Shown piece after piece: positions 9,071 through 19,913 of a DNA stretch of 64,000 bases. The notes beneath the pieces are model-generated. The model had not been told where the DNA came from, did not search any database, and was given only the letters and a program-made list of their open reading frames with translations. The translations under genes were made by a program, and so were the position numbers. Position 1 is the stretch's first letter. The number at the start of each line of letters is the position of its first letter. This DNA is from an uncultured Parasphingopyxis sp. (GTDB lineage: Bacteria; Pseudomonadota; Alphaproteobacteria; Sphingomonadales; Sphingomonadaceae), in assembly GCA_947259005.1 (NCBI GenBank), contig CAMYKP010000012.1, positions 26,384-90,383 of the forward strand, in the 5' to 3' direction.

Positions 9071-9919
9071 ATGACCAAAACCAGCCATATGGAAGCACCT
9101 GAATATACGCTCGAAACCGTCGATGGGCGGCAGTTGCAGGTTGCCTATTGGCGCTATTCGGGGCCAGCCAATGGGAAGGCTCCCCTGCTCTTTTTCAACG
9201 GGATCGGCGCGAACACGGAAGTGGCGGCTCCCCTGCCGACAATGCTGGGCGACCGGGACTTTATCACTTTCGACATGCCCGGCGTCGGCGAATCGCCGGA
9301 ACCCACCATCCCGTACAATCCGTTCCTCATGGCCCGGATCAGCGCGCTTCTGCTCGATCGCTACGAAATGCCGGTTGTGGATGTGATGGGTGTGAGCTGG
9401 GGCGGCGCGATGGCGCAGCACTTTACCCTGCAGCATGGCAACCGCGTTAACCGGCTGGTTCTGGTGGCCACGACGGCCGGCATGTTGATGGTTCCCGGCA
9501 AGTTCGAGGCGCTGTCGAAAATGGTCGATCCGCGTCGTTATATCGACCCGAGTTTCATGGAAAAGCATTTCAAGACGCTTTACGGCGGCTCGACCCAAGG
9601 GTCAGACGGCCATATCCACCGGATCAAGGCACCCTCGAAAATCGGCTATTTTTACCAGCTTCTGGCGATGTTCGGCTGGACGAGCGCCCCTGCCCTGCCG
9701 TTCCTGCGCAAACCAACATTGATCATGACCGGCGATCGCGATCCGATCGTCCAGCCGATAAACGGGCGCATACTGAAATCACTGATCCCGGGAAGCGAAC
9801 TGATTCTCATTGAGGATGGCGGACATTTGTTCATGCTCAGCCATGCAGACGAGTTTATAACGCATACCCGCGAATTTCTGGATCGCGGGCAGGATGAAGA
9901 AAGCGCCGAAGCCGCCTGA
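9071..9919 (+). CDS. phaZ: Intracellular PHA depolymerase
   Basis: PLLFFNGIGAN, FDMPGVGES, GVSWGG, GDRDPIV, GHLF; directly follows phaC. Confidence 0.82.
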   Translation: MTKTSHMEAPEYTLETVDGRQLQVAYWRYSGPANGKAPLLFFNGIGANTEVAAPLPTMLGDRDFITFDMPGVGESPEPTIPYNPFLMARISALLLDRYEMPVVDVMGVSWGGAMAQHFTLQHGNRVNRLVLVATTAGMLMVPGKFEALSKMVDPRRYIDPSFMEKHFKTLYGGSTQGSDGHIHRIKAPSKIGYFYQLLAMFGWTSAPALPFLRKPTLIMTGDRDPIVQPINGRILKSLIPGSELILIEDGGHLFMLSHADEFITHTREFLDRGQDEESAEAA

Positions 9920-10042
9920 TTTAAGCACGGCCATCGGTTGACAACCTGGCGCACTTCCCATATTTGGCGCGCTTTCCCGCGCGGGGGCTTGGCCGTGGCC
10001 TTGTGCTTGTGCGGATCGCAAAACAGATGAAAGTTGGGTACC

Positions 10043-10540
10043 ATGTTCGCAGTCGTGCGCACGGGCGGCAAACAATATCGCGTCGCTGAAGGTGATGTAA
10101 TCACAATCGAAAAGATCGCTGGCGAAGCCGGTGATTCGGTTTCGTTTGACGATGTTCTGATGGCTGGCGAAGGTGCCACGCTGAAGGACACGAAAAGCCT
10201 CACCGTGTCCGGCGAGATCGTCGAACAGGGCCGCGGCGAAAAGATCGTCGTCTTCAAGAAGAAGCGGCGTCAGAATTATCGCCGGAAAAACGGCCATCGC
10301 CAGATGCTGACCCAGATCAAGATCACGGGTATCGGCGCTGCGAAGAAAGCCGCTCCGAAAAAGGCCGCTGCAAAGGCCGACGAAGGCGAAACGGCCAAGG
10401 CCGCACCCGCCAAGAAAGCCCCGGCCAAAAAGGCGGCAACGACCAAAGCTGCTGCTAAGCCGGCCGCTGCGAAAAAGGCTCCGGCCAAAAAAGCGCCTGC
10501 CAAGAAGGCAGCGCCGAAGACAGACGATAAGGACGCGTAA
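10043..10540 (+). CDS. rplU: 50S ribosomal protein L21 with an Ala/Lys/Pro-rich C-terminal extension
   Basis: [14 protein letters not shown]...[16 protein letters not shown]. Confidence 0.97.
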   Translation: MFAVVRTGGKQYRVAEGDVITIEKIAGEAGDSVSFDDVLMAGEGATLKDTKSLTVSGEIVEQGRGEKIVVFKKKRRQNYRRKNGHRQMLTQIKITGIGAAKKAAPKKAAAKADEGETAKAAPAKKAPAKKAATTKAAAKPAAAKKAPAKKAPAKKAAPKTDDKDA

Positions 10541-10542
10541 CC

Positions 10543-10809
10543 ATGGCACATAAGAAAGCAGGCGGTTCGTCACGCAATGGTCGTGACTCAAACCCTAAAT
10601 TCCTGGGCGTCAAAAAATTCGGCGGCGAAGCCGTCATTGCCGGCAACATTATCGTGCGTCAGCGCGGGACCAAATGGATTCCGGCTGACAATGTCGGCCT
10701 TGGCCGCGACCACACGATCTTTTCGCTCGTGGACGGAACCGTCCGATTTAAAAAAGGTCGCAACAATCGCACCTATGTGGGCGTGGAAATGGCTGAAGCA
10801 GCCGAATAG
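10543..10809 (+). CDS. rpmA: 50S ribosomal protein L27
   Basis: [16 protein letters not shown]...[10 protein letters not shown]. Confidence 0.98.
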   Translation: MAHKKAGGSSRNGRDSNPKFLGVKKFGGEAVIAGNIIVRQRGTKWIPADNVGLGRDHTIFSLVDGTVRFKKGRNNRTYVGVEMAEAAE

Positions 10810-10875
10810 GGACAGTCGATAAAGGGCTGTCCTCTGGGAGGGCAGCCCGATGGTTCCGGAAACGGGGCCGATTGA

Positions 10876-10906
10876 GGGAGACGGGCTGGCCCGATCTCCC
10901 TTTTTT
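10876..10906 (+). terminator. Rho-independent terminator of rplU-rpmA
   Basis: GGGAGACGGGC/GCCCGATCTCCC stem followed by TTTTTT. Confidence 0.75.
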
Positions 10907-10975
10907 ATTGTCTCCCTCATATAATCGTCATCGAACGTGCCTACAGGGCATGTCGGGGGCGGCATGGAGAGAGAC

Positions 10976-11524
10976 ATGTTCGCGGTTACGAAGAGATTGT
11001 TGTTAAGGCCCGGCTGGATCGAGGACGCTCCCGTTCTCGCCCAGGCGATCGACGACGAACGAATCGCGCGCAACACGACCCGGATGCCATGGCCCTACAG
11101 CCAAAAGGACGCGGAGGAATTTCTCTCGCGTGAGCAGGATCCGGATTTTCCGAACTTCCAGATCATCGACCGCACCGTCAATCCTGTCCGCATGATTGGC
11201 GGCATCGGTTTCATGGAAGGCGATGGAGCGCCGGAACTCGGCTACTGGATCCGCGCCGACAGCTGGAACAGGGGCTATGCGACAGAAGCTGCACAGGCGG
11301 CCCTCGGAGCCGTGCGGTCATCGCTGGGCTACACCCGGATCATTGCCGGGCATTTCGTCGACAACCCGGCATCGGGCCGGGTGCTCGAAAAGCTTGGTTT
11401 CAGGAGAACGGGTCGTTTCACCCAGCGTTTCTCCCGCGCGCGCGGCTATGAAGTCGATTGTGCCATGTTCGAATCCGATGGAGACGACATGATGTTGACC
11501 CCACCGTCCGCGCTGGCTGCATGA
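10976..11524 (+). CDS. RimJ/RimL-type GNAT acetyltransferase
   Basis: TKRLLLRP, ELGYWI...WNRGYATEA, NPASGRVLEKLGF. Confidence 0.88.
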   Translation: MFAVTKRLLLRPGWIEDAPVLAQAIDDERIARNTTRMPWPYSQKDAEEFLSREQDPDFPNFQIIDRTVNPVRMIGGIGFMEGDGAPELGYWIRADSWNRGYATEAAQAALGAVRSSLGYTRIIAGHFVDNPASGRVLEKLGFRRTGRFTQRFSRARGYEVDCAMFESDGDDMMLTPPSALAA

Positions 11525-11578
11525 ATGCTGGACAAATTTGCGGGTCATGCTCCTGATATCGGCGCATGACCCCATGTC

Positions 11579-12445
11579 CTAAGCAGCGACAGCGTCCTTG
11601 GTCTCTGGCAGGATAGCATCGACATATTCGCTGTCCGCAAGACGGATCAGCGCGCGATCATCATTGTTCCAAGGGTGGAAGCCCGGCAGGAAATAGGCGA
11701 GCCACGGCTTGAGGGCCCGGCGAAGCTGGCCGGGGCGCCCCCACAGATACCAGTTGATCCGCGCCAGTGCGCGCCAGCCGGTAATCCCGTCCTGCGCGAG
11801 CAGCGTCCGCATGCCGCGAACACGCTTTGGCCAGAACATCATGGTGACGAGCAGCATGACCCGGGCCTTGACCTTCCAGCGTTGCCAGCGGGACCAGTCT
11901 TTGGTCGCATGGAGCCATGTGTCATAGGCAACGCCCTTATGCTCAATCTCTTCGATCGCATGCCAGCGCCACAGATCCGCCCATTCCTGATCGGCTCCGT
12001 GGAGCAGGTCTTTGTAATGGAGGAACTGGTGCGCCAGGATCGCGGTATAATGTTCAAGCGCCATGGTGACACACAGATCGATAATGGCCGGACGATCCTT
12101 GGTTTTCTCCATGGACTCCTCAACGGTCCGCTCGAGCGCCGAAATATCATAGCCGGTTTCGGTAACCTTGCGATTGAAGGCAACATGCTCGCGGCTGTGC
12201 ATCACTTCCTGCTGCACAAAGGCGCGGATTTCGCGTTCCAGGCGCGGAGATACGCCGTCGCGATGCGCCTTTACCGCCTCGATGAAATAGGCTTCCCCGC
12301 GCGGAAAAGTGACGGACAGGGCATTATAGAATGCGGTGGCAACCGGATCGTTGTTCATCCACCAGCGCTTCTGCACCGCATCGCGCCCGAAACGGCGATC
12401 ACGCGGGGTTATCTCAAGGTCGACAGGTGTCTTGTCTTTAGCCAT
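11579..12445 (-). CDS. Predicted metal-dependent hydrolase (PF10118-like, ferritin-like dimetal site)
   Basis: FPRGEAYF, QEVMHSREH, ALEHYTA, WHAIEEIEHKGVAYD, YFLPGFHPW; start taken at MAKDK. Confidence 0.82.
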   Translation of the reverse strand: MAKDKTPVDLEITPRDRRFGRDAVQKRWWMNNDPVATAFYNALSVTFPRGEAYFIEAVKAHRDGVSPRLEREIRAFVQQEVMHSREHVAFNRKVTETGYDISALERTVEESMEKTKDRPAIIDLCVTMALEHYTAILAHQFLHYKDLLHGADQEWADLWRWHAIEEIEHKGVAYDTWLHATKDWSRWQRWKVKARVMLLVTMMFWPKRVRGMRTLLAQDGITGWRALARINWYLWGRPGQLRRALKPWLAYFLPGFHPWNNDDRALIRLADSEYVDAILPETKDAVAA

Positions 12446-12483
12446 GGTGCGACTCCAATAGAATTTATTCAGTATCTGAAGGC

Positions 12484-12503
12484 TACTTACATCAATGTCA
12501 ATA
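12484..12503. promoter_or_regulatory. Putative TetR operator
   Basis: Imperfect palindrome TACTTACATCAATGTCAATA overlapping the tetR start between divergent genes. Confidence 0.4.
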
Positions 12504-13088
12504 GTGAGAAAACGCCTCACGCCTGAAGAGAGTCGCACGGCAGCATTACAGGCCGCGCGCGAGATTCTCATCGAGGCTGGGCCGCAGGCGGTGACCCTGA
12601 AAGCGGTCGCGGGGCGCATCGGCAGAACCCATGCCAACCTGCTGCATCATTTCGGGTCGGCTTCCGGTCTGCAGCGCGAGCTGGCGCGGACGCTTGCCGA
12701 AAATGTATGTGCAACGATCGGCGCTGTCGTGCTCAAGGCGCGCGCAGGCGAAAGCGATCCGCGCGAAATTGTCGACCTCACCTTCGACGCATTCGACAAG
12801 GAGGGTGCCGGAGCCCTTGCCAGCTGGATGATCCTGACCGGCAATGAGGATGCTCTCAACCCGATTGTCGAGACCATCCACAATCTGGTGGATCAACTCG
12901 GCGAAGGCCATGACGACCTGCCGATGCACAAGGATACGCTGGGTCTGGTGCTATGGGCATTGGGCGATGCCCTGCTCGGCGGCCCGCTGGCCAAATCGCT
13001 CGGCCTGCCGCGTGAAACGGCCCGCGACATGGCGGCAGAGCAGCTGAGTGCGTCGCGCGAATCCTATGGTTTTGCGAACGACCAGTAG
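12495..13088 (+). CDS. TetR/AcrR family transcriptional regulator
   Basis: N-terminal HTH: GPQAVTLKAVAGRIGRTHANLLHHFGS. Confidence 0.9.
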   Translation: MSIVRKRLTPEESRTAALQAAREILIEAGPQAVTLKAVAGRIGRTHANLLHHFGSASGLQRELARTLAENVCATIGAVVLKARAGESDPREIVDLTFDAFDKEGAGALASWMILTGNEDALNPIVETIHNLVDQLGEGHDDLPMHKDTLGLVLWALGDALLGGPLAKSLGLPRETARDMAAEQLSASRESYGFANDQ

Positions 13089-14179
<1,091 letters not shown>

Positions 14180-14180
<1 letters not shown>

Positions 14181-15304
14181 TGAGCAACAATATATTCGAT
14201 CCGGAAAATTGCCCTCGCCTCGTCATCAAGATCGGCTCGGCCCTGCTGGTCGGGCAGAACGGTACGATCCGGCGCGATTGGCTTGCCGGGCTGGTTGACG
14301 ACATAGCGGACCGCCATGCGCGGGGGCAGAAGATCATCATCGTGTCATCGGGCGCTGTTGCGCTGGGTTCGCATATTCTCGAACTCGACAAGGCGGAGAG
14401 CAAGGGACTGGAAGATGCGCAGGCCGCTGCCGCCGTCGGCCAGATATCCCTGTCCCAGGCATGGGCGGATCTTCTTGGCGCACGCGGCATGATGGCGGCG
14501 CTCATCCTTGTGACGCTGGGCGATCTCGAAGACCGGCGGCGCTATCTCAACGCCTCGGCCACGCTGGATCGTTTGCTCAGCCTTGGTGCTATTCCGGTGG
14601 TCAACGAGAATGACTCGGTCGCCACCGAAGCGATCCGGTTCGGCGATAATGACAGGCTCGCCGCACGGGTCGGTCAAGCGGGAAGCGCCAAGGGTGTGAT
14701 TTTGCTGTCCGACGTCGCCGGCCTTTACAACGCCAATCCGAACAAGGACGACACGGCCCAATTGATCCCCGAAATTTCCGACATCGATGACGATGTCATG
14801 GCCATGGCCGATCGCGGATCCGGCTCGGGCATGGGTTCGGGCGGCATGGTTTCCAAGCTGGAGGCGGCGAAAATCGCTGCGTCCGCCGGCATCCCGCTCG
14901 CCATCATTTCGGGTACGCGCCCCCATCCTCTCAGCAGCTATGCGAAAGACAATGTCGGCACGATCTTCAAGGCCCAGCCGCCAGCATCGGCCCGCAAGGC
15001 CTGGCTGGCTGGCCGCCTGACCTCACAGGGCCAGATTGTCATCGACATGGGTGCCGTGGAAGCCCTGCGAGGCGGCAGCAGCCTGCTTTCCGCCGGGGCG
15101 GTGGCGATTTCGGGTATGTTCGAACGCGGCGATGTCGTGGATATCGCCGACAAGCATGGCAAGGTTATTGCCCGCGGCCTGGCCGAATATGACAGCCAGT
15201 CGACCGCCAAGATAGTCGGCAAGAAGTCTATCGAACTTGAAGAGATCCTTGGTTATGCGCCGCGCTCGGCGATCGTCCACCGGGATCATATGGTACTGCT
15301 TTGA
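14180..15304 (+). CDS. proB: Glutamate 5-kinase with PUA domain
   Basis: VIKIGSA, VSSGAV, NEND, FGDNDRL, GSGGMVSKL, HRDHMV. Confidence 0.95.
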
Positions 15305-16212
15305 GCGTCTACGCAGTCACCGGCGGCACCGGTTTCGTCGGCGGCCATTTGCTGGATCATGCAATTGGCGCAGGCCATCGCATCCAGGCGCTGACCCGGG
15401 CGGAAAGGCCTGCCAGCGACGGCATAGACTGGATCCCGGGGACACTGGGCGACCGCGAAAGCCTGCACGCTCTGGCGGAAGGTACCGATGCGATAATCCA
15501 TATCGCGGGCGCAATCCGGGCTTCCGATCGTGCCGGTTTCGCTGCGCCCAATATCGAAGGTACGCAGGCCGTGATCGACGCTGCCCGCAAAGCCGGTGTT
15601 CGCCGTGTCATTCATATCTCTTCGCTCACGGCGCGCGAACCGGACGTGTCCGACTATGGATGGTCGAAGGCCGAATCCGAGAAGATCGTACAGGATTCCG
15701 GTCTCGACTGGACGATCATCCGCCCACCGGCGGTCTACGGCCCGGGAGACCGAGAAACGCTCGAACTGTTTGCAATGGCGAGGCGCCGTTTTTTGGTTCT
15801 GCCGCCGGCCGGGCGAACATCGCTCATCCATGTGCAGGACCTGAGCCGCTTGATGCTCGCGAGCATCGGCGCGAACGCGGCCAGCGGCGCGATCTATGAA
15901 CCCGACGATGGAACGCCGGATGGTCTCAGCCATGTCACCTTCGGCAAGGCGCTCGGCCGGGCCGTTGGTCGTCCGGTAATGCCCCTCTCCGTCCCGGCAC
16001 CTGTGATCCGTCTGGGCGCCCGTGCCGACCGGCTTTTTCGCGGCGAAAATGCGAAATTGACCCCGGATCGCGCACGCTATTTCTGTCATCCGGATTGGGT
16101 CGTGAATCCTGCTCTCAGGCCACCGGCGGACATTTGGACACCGTCAATTCCCTATGAAACCGGCCTCGCGGCCACCGCCAACTGGTACCGCGAACAGGGC
16201 TGGCTGCCCTAA
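15301..16212 (+). CDS. NAD-dependent epimerase/dehydratase, probable ceramide reductase (CerR-like)
   Basis: TGGTGFVG Rossmann motif, YGWSK catalytic motif; immediately upstream of acp-spt as in the Caulobacter ceramide locus. Confidence 0.8.
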   Translation: MSVYAVTGGTGFVGGHLLDHAIGAGHRIQALTRAERPASDGIDWIPGTLGDRESLHALAEGTDAIIHIAGAIRASDRAGFAAPNIEGTQAVIDAARKAGVRRVIHISSLTAREPDVSDYGWSKAESEKIVQDSGLDWTIIRPPAVYGPGDRETLELFAMARRRFLVLPPAGRTSLIHVQDLSRLMLASIGANAASGAIYEPDDGTPDGLSHVTFGKALGRAVGRPVMPLSVPAPVIRLGARADRLFRGENAKLTPDRARYFCHPDWVVNPALRPPADIWTPSIPYETGLAATANWYREQGWLP

Positions 16213-16345
16213 GCGCCAGCGAAGCCCGGATTTCTGGCTTTCAGGGTCAGATTCCGGCACTCCACCGCCCAATTCGACAATCCTTTTGCCGTTTTACCGC
16301 CGCATTCCCTTGGCAAGCCATTTTGATACATTTTAGGGACGCTTT

Positions 16346-16588
16346 ATGACAGACCGCGCGACGACCTTCGCTTCCGTGGAGGCACTGATAGAACCATTCA
16401 ACGCCAAAGGTGTAGAGCTTGGAGAAAGCACGACATTTGCAGGCGACCTGGAATGGGACAGCCTGACCGTGATGGATTTTGTGGCCTCGATCGAAGATGA
16501 GTTCGACATCGTCATCACCATGAACCAGCAAGCCGAAATTGAAACTGTCGGCCAACTTGTTGACGCCGTCGAGGAGTCCAAAGCATGA
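16346..16588 (+). CDS. Acyl carrier protein associated with spt
   Basis: Acidic 80 aa, DLEWDSL phosphopantetheine site; ATGA overlap with spt. Confidence 0.9.
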   Translation: MTDRATTFASVEALIEPFNAKGVELGESTTFAGDLEWDSLTVMDFVASIEDEFDIVITMNQQAEIETVGQLVDAVEESKA

Positions 16589-17841
16589 ATGTCACGACCG
16601 AGCAGGCAATTGTCCCGGAAACCGAAGAGCCGCAGGCAGCCGATCTGTTTGATAAATTTGCGCCGCTGATTCAGGAGCGCGACAACCTTCTGGCAACCGG
16701 CGTCCGCGATCCTTTTGCGATCGTCATGGACGAAGTGAAATCGCCGACCGAGGCGGTGATCGACGGCAAGGACACGATCCTGCTCGGCACATATAATTAT
16801 ATGGGCATGACCTTCGATCCGGACGTGATCGCGGCAGGCAAGGAAGCTTTGGAGAAATTCGGCGCCGGCACAACCGGAAGCCGCGTCCTCAATGGCACCT
16901 ATCAGGGCCATAAGGCGTGCGAGGAAGCGCTCAAGGATTTTTACGGGATGGATCATGCGATGGTCTTTTCCACCGGATACCAGGCCAATCTCGGCATTGT
17001 TTCGACGCTGGCGGGCAAGGGCGACTATGTGATCCTCGACGCCGACAGCCATGCATCAATCTATGACGGTTGCTTTCTCGGCAATGCGGACATTGTTCGT
17101 TTCCGGCACAATAATGCGGAAAACCTTGAGAAGCGCCTGGCCAAGCTGCCCCCCGGAGCGGGCAAGCTCGTGGTACTTGAAGGCGTCTATTCCATGCTTG
17201 GCGACATTGCGCCGCTAGATGTCATGGTTCCGATCGCGAAAAAATATGGTGCGATGATACTGGTCGACGAAGCGCATTCGATGGGCTTTTTCGGCGAGCA
17301 TGGCCGCGGCGTTGCCGAAGCTCAGGGTGTATTGGATCAGGTCGATTTCATCATCGGCACCTTTTCGAAAAGCGTCGGCACTGTCGGCGGTTTCTGTGTG
17401 TCGAACCACCCCAAGACCGATTTCCTGCGACTGGTATGCCGCCCCTATACCTTTACCGCCTCGCTCCCCCCTTCCGTCGTGGCAACCGCTACAACCTCGA
17501 TCCGCAAGCTTATGCATGCGGGGAATAAACGCGCTCATCTCTGGGAGAACAGCAAAAGGCTGCATCAGGGTTTGCGGGACCTTGGCTTTACGCTCGCAAC
17601 CGACGAACCGGAAAGCGCCATCCTTGCTGTCCTGCTTCCCGATCAGGAGAAGGCCGTGCGCATGTGGCAAGCGCTGCTGGAACTGGGCCTCTACGTCAAT
17701 ATGGCGCGTCCACCGGCAACCCCTGCCGGTGTCTACCTGCTCAGATGTTCGCTGTGCGCGGAACATAGCGCCGAGCAGGTTGAACAGATACTCGGCATGT
17801 TCGAGGCGGCCGGGAAAGCGACAGGTTCGATTCCGCAATAG
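16585..17841 (+). CDS. spt: Serine palmitoyltransferase
   Basis: LGTYNYMGMTFDPDV, FSTGYQANLG, DEAHS, PLP lysine in GTFSKS, FTASLPP. Confidence 0.93.
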   Translation: MNVTTEQAIVPETEEPQAADLFDKFAPLIQERDNLLATGVRDPFAIVMDEVKSPTEAVIDGKDTILLGTYNYMGMTFDPDVIAAGKEALEKFGAGTTGSRVLNGTYQGHKACEEALKDFYGMDHAMVFSTGYQANLGIVSTLAGKGDYVILDADSHASIYDGCFLGNADIVRFRHNNAENLEKRLAKLPPGAGKLVVLEGVYSMLGDIAPLDVMVPIAKKYGAMILVDEAHSMGFFGEHGRGVAEAQGVLDQVDFIIGTFSKSVGTVGGFCVSNHPKTDFLRLVCRPYTFTASLPPSVVATATTSIRKLMHAGNKRAHLWENSKRLHQGLRDLGFTLATDEPESAILAVLLPDQEKAVRMWQALLELGLYVNMARPPATPAGVYLLRCSLCAEHSAEQVEQILGMFEAAGKATGSIPQ

Positions 17842-17929
17842 TGCGACGCGGTCATGCGATCGAAACCGGAGGACGAATGAAACAGTCCTGCTTCCCGCCA
17901 CCGCATGACCGCGATATAGTTCCCGCATT

Positions 17930-19894
17930 ATGACAGAGGGATTTGGACGAACGAACGCGTTCGATTCTTCCACAAGCGAGGTTTGGGGCAGCGGACTGGC
18001 TAGCGCTGCAGCACTTGTGCTTGCGGTCCTGTTCGGAGCGCTCATCTATCTGGTCGCAGAATCCAATGACGAGCGCGACGCAGCCGCACGAAACGAACGG
18101 CAAAGCTTTGAAATCATCATGACTGCGCGGAGTATCGAGCAGTCGATTGCGCGGTCGGAAGCCGCGCTTGGCCGGTTCATAATCAACGGCAATGAAATCC
18201 CGGCTACGCTCTATCGCAACGAATGGCGCGAAGCCGGTCGGCAGATTGCGCAGCTCAAACGTATCCTTCGCGACAACCCGGAACAGGCGGCGAGAGCGGA
18301 CGCGCTTGAAACCCTGTATACCGAATATGGCAACGAGCTTGTCGTTGCCGCCCGCCTGGCTGCCGCCGGAGAGAATTTCGATGCCCTAGCGCGATACAAC
18401 AGCGTCGCGAACAGCCAGAGCGGTGTGTCGGCCATCCAGACCCTTGAACAGATAACAGCGCAGGAGCGCGAATTGCTCAGCGAGCATTCGGCCGCGCGTA
18501 TCGAAACCAACGAGCGTGCACGCCTGCTGGCAACGTTGCTCACCGTGGCGGGTATTATACTCGCGATCGCAGCCCTGTTTCTCGCCTACATGACTGTTCG
18601 CGCTTTTCGGCAGCAGTCCTATGCCGATCGGCGTGCCGACGAACTGGAAGACGCCGTGGCCAAACGCACGGCGGAACTTGAGACGGTAAACGCCCAACTG
18701 CGCGCCGAGGTGACCGAACGCACGGCGGCCGAACAGAAACTGAACCAGGTTCAGAAACTGGAGGCTGTCGGGCAGCTTACCGGCGGGATCGCCCACGACT
18801 TCAACAATATGCTGGCGGTCGTTATCGGCGGGCTCGACCTCGCGAAACGCAAGATCCTCAAACAGCCTGAGCGGGCGAATGAACATATCGAAAATGCGCT
18901 GGAAGGCGCCAATCGTGCCGCAGCCCTGACGCGGAGGTTGCTGACATTCGCGCGCGCGGAACCTTTCCTGCCGGAGGGAACCGATGCGGCGGAATTGATC
19001 GGATCCATCACCGATCTTCTCCGGCGCTCGATCGGAGAGCAGGTTTCGGTGACTATCTCAGCCGACGACAATGTCTGGCCAATTTGGGTTGATCCCCATC
19101 AACTGGAAAACGCCGTGTTGAACCTCGCCGTCAACGCCCGCGATGCGATGGATGGCAAAGGCGAGCTGACAATCGCGATCCGCAACCGGAAACTGGCGGA
19201 AAACGAAATTGGAGAGGCTCCAGCCGGGGACTATCTGCAGATCGCCGTTACGGACACGGGCAGCGGAATGGCTGCGGATGTCATCGAGCATGTCTTCGAA
19301 CCCTTTTTCACAACCAAACCGGTTGGCAAGGGCACCGGGCTGGGTCTCAGCCAGATATTCGGTTTTGTCCGCCAATCGGGCGGCGATGTCGGCATCGATT
19401 CGACGGTGGGCGAAGGCACGACCGTTTCGCTTTACCTACCGCGCTTCGACGGCGACGCCGTAGCCCGCAAACCCGTTTCGTCCGGGACCGGCTATGTCGG
19501 ATCTGAAAAGGGTGATGATGCTCGCACCATATTAATGGTCGAAGACGATCAACGCGTGCGCCGATCAACGGCTGAGAGTCTGGAAGAACTCGGACACACC
19601 GTGTTGGCCTGCGCCAACGGACAAACCGCCATCGATATCCTGGCGGAACGCCCCGATGTGGACCTGCTGCTCACCGATGTCGTGATGCCGGAAATGACCG
19701 GACCCGAACTGGTTGCCAAAATCGCATCAAGCCACCCTCACCTTCCCGTCCTGTTCGTTACCGGATATGCGCGGGAAGCAGCCGATGGCGGACAATTTTC
19801 AGGGCATGGGGTGCTCCGCAAGCCGTTCACCATTGCGGCGCTTGCCGAGGCCATCGAAAGCGCGACCTATGTGGTGGCTACACCTGATGATTGA
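17930..19894 (+). CDS. Membrane hybrid histidine kinase (CHASE3-like sensor, HisKA, HATPase, receiver)
   Basis: Two TM helices, GGIAHDFNN H-box, NARDA, DTGSG, FEPFFTTK, GTGLGL, receiver LLTDVVMP. Confidence 0.92.
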   Translation: MTEGFGRTNAFDSSTSEVWGSGLASAAALVLAVLFGALIYLVAESNDERDAAARNERQSFEIIMTARSIEQSIARSEAALGRFIINGNEIPATLYRNEWREAGRQIAQLKRILRDNPEQAARADALETLYTEYGNELVVAARLAAAGENFDALARYNSVANSQSGVSAIQTLEQITAQERELLSEHSAARIETNERARLLATLLTVAGIILAIAALFLAYMTVRAFRQQSYADRRADELEDAVAKRTAELETVNAQLRAEVTERTAAEQKLNQVQKLEAVGQLTGGIAHDFNNMLAVVIGGLDLAKRKILKQPERANEHIENALEGANRAAALTRRLLTFARAEPFLPEGTDAAELIGSITDLLRRSIGEQVSVTISADDNVWPIWVDPHQLENAVLNLAVNARDAMDGKGELTIAIRNRKLAENEIGEAPAGDYLQIAVTDTGSGMAADVIEHVFEPFFTTKPVGKGTGLGLSQIFGFVRQSGGDVGIDSTVGEGTTVSLYLPRFDGDAVARKPVSSGTGYVGSEKGDDARTILMVEDDQRVRRSTAESLEELGHTVLACANGQTAIDILAERPDVDLLLTDVVMPEMTGPELVAKIASSHPHLPVLFVTGYAREAADGGQFSGHGVLRKPFTIAALAEAIESATYVVATPDD

Positions 19895-19913
19895 GATGAC
19901 AATCGGCTAGCGA

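Noticed and set aside
10043-10540. L21 tail as a substitute for PhaF next to phaC-phaZ
   Set aside because: Such tails occur on L21 independently of pha genes; adjacency is probably coincidental
16585-17841. Alternative call bioF/kbl/hemA
   Set aside because: The adjacent dedicated ACP, the MGMTFDPDV motif and the locus context favour SPT
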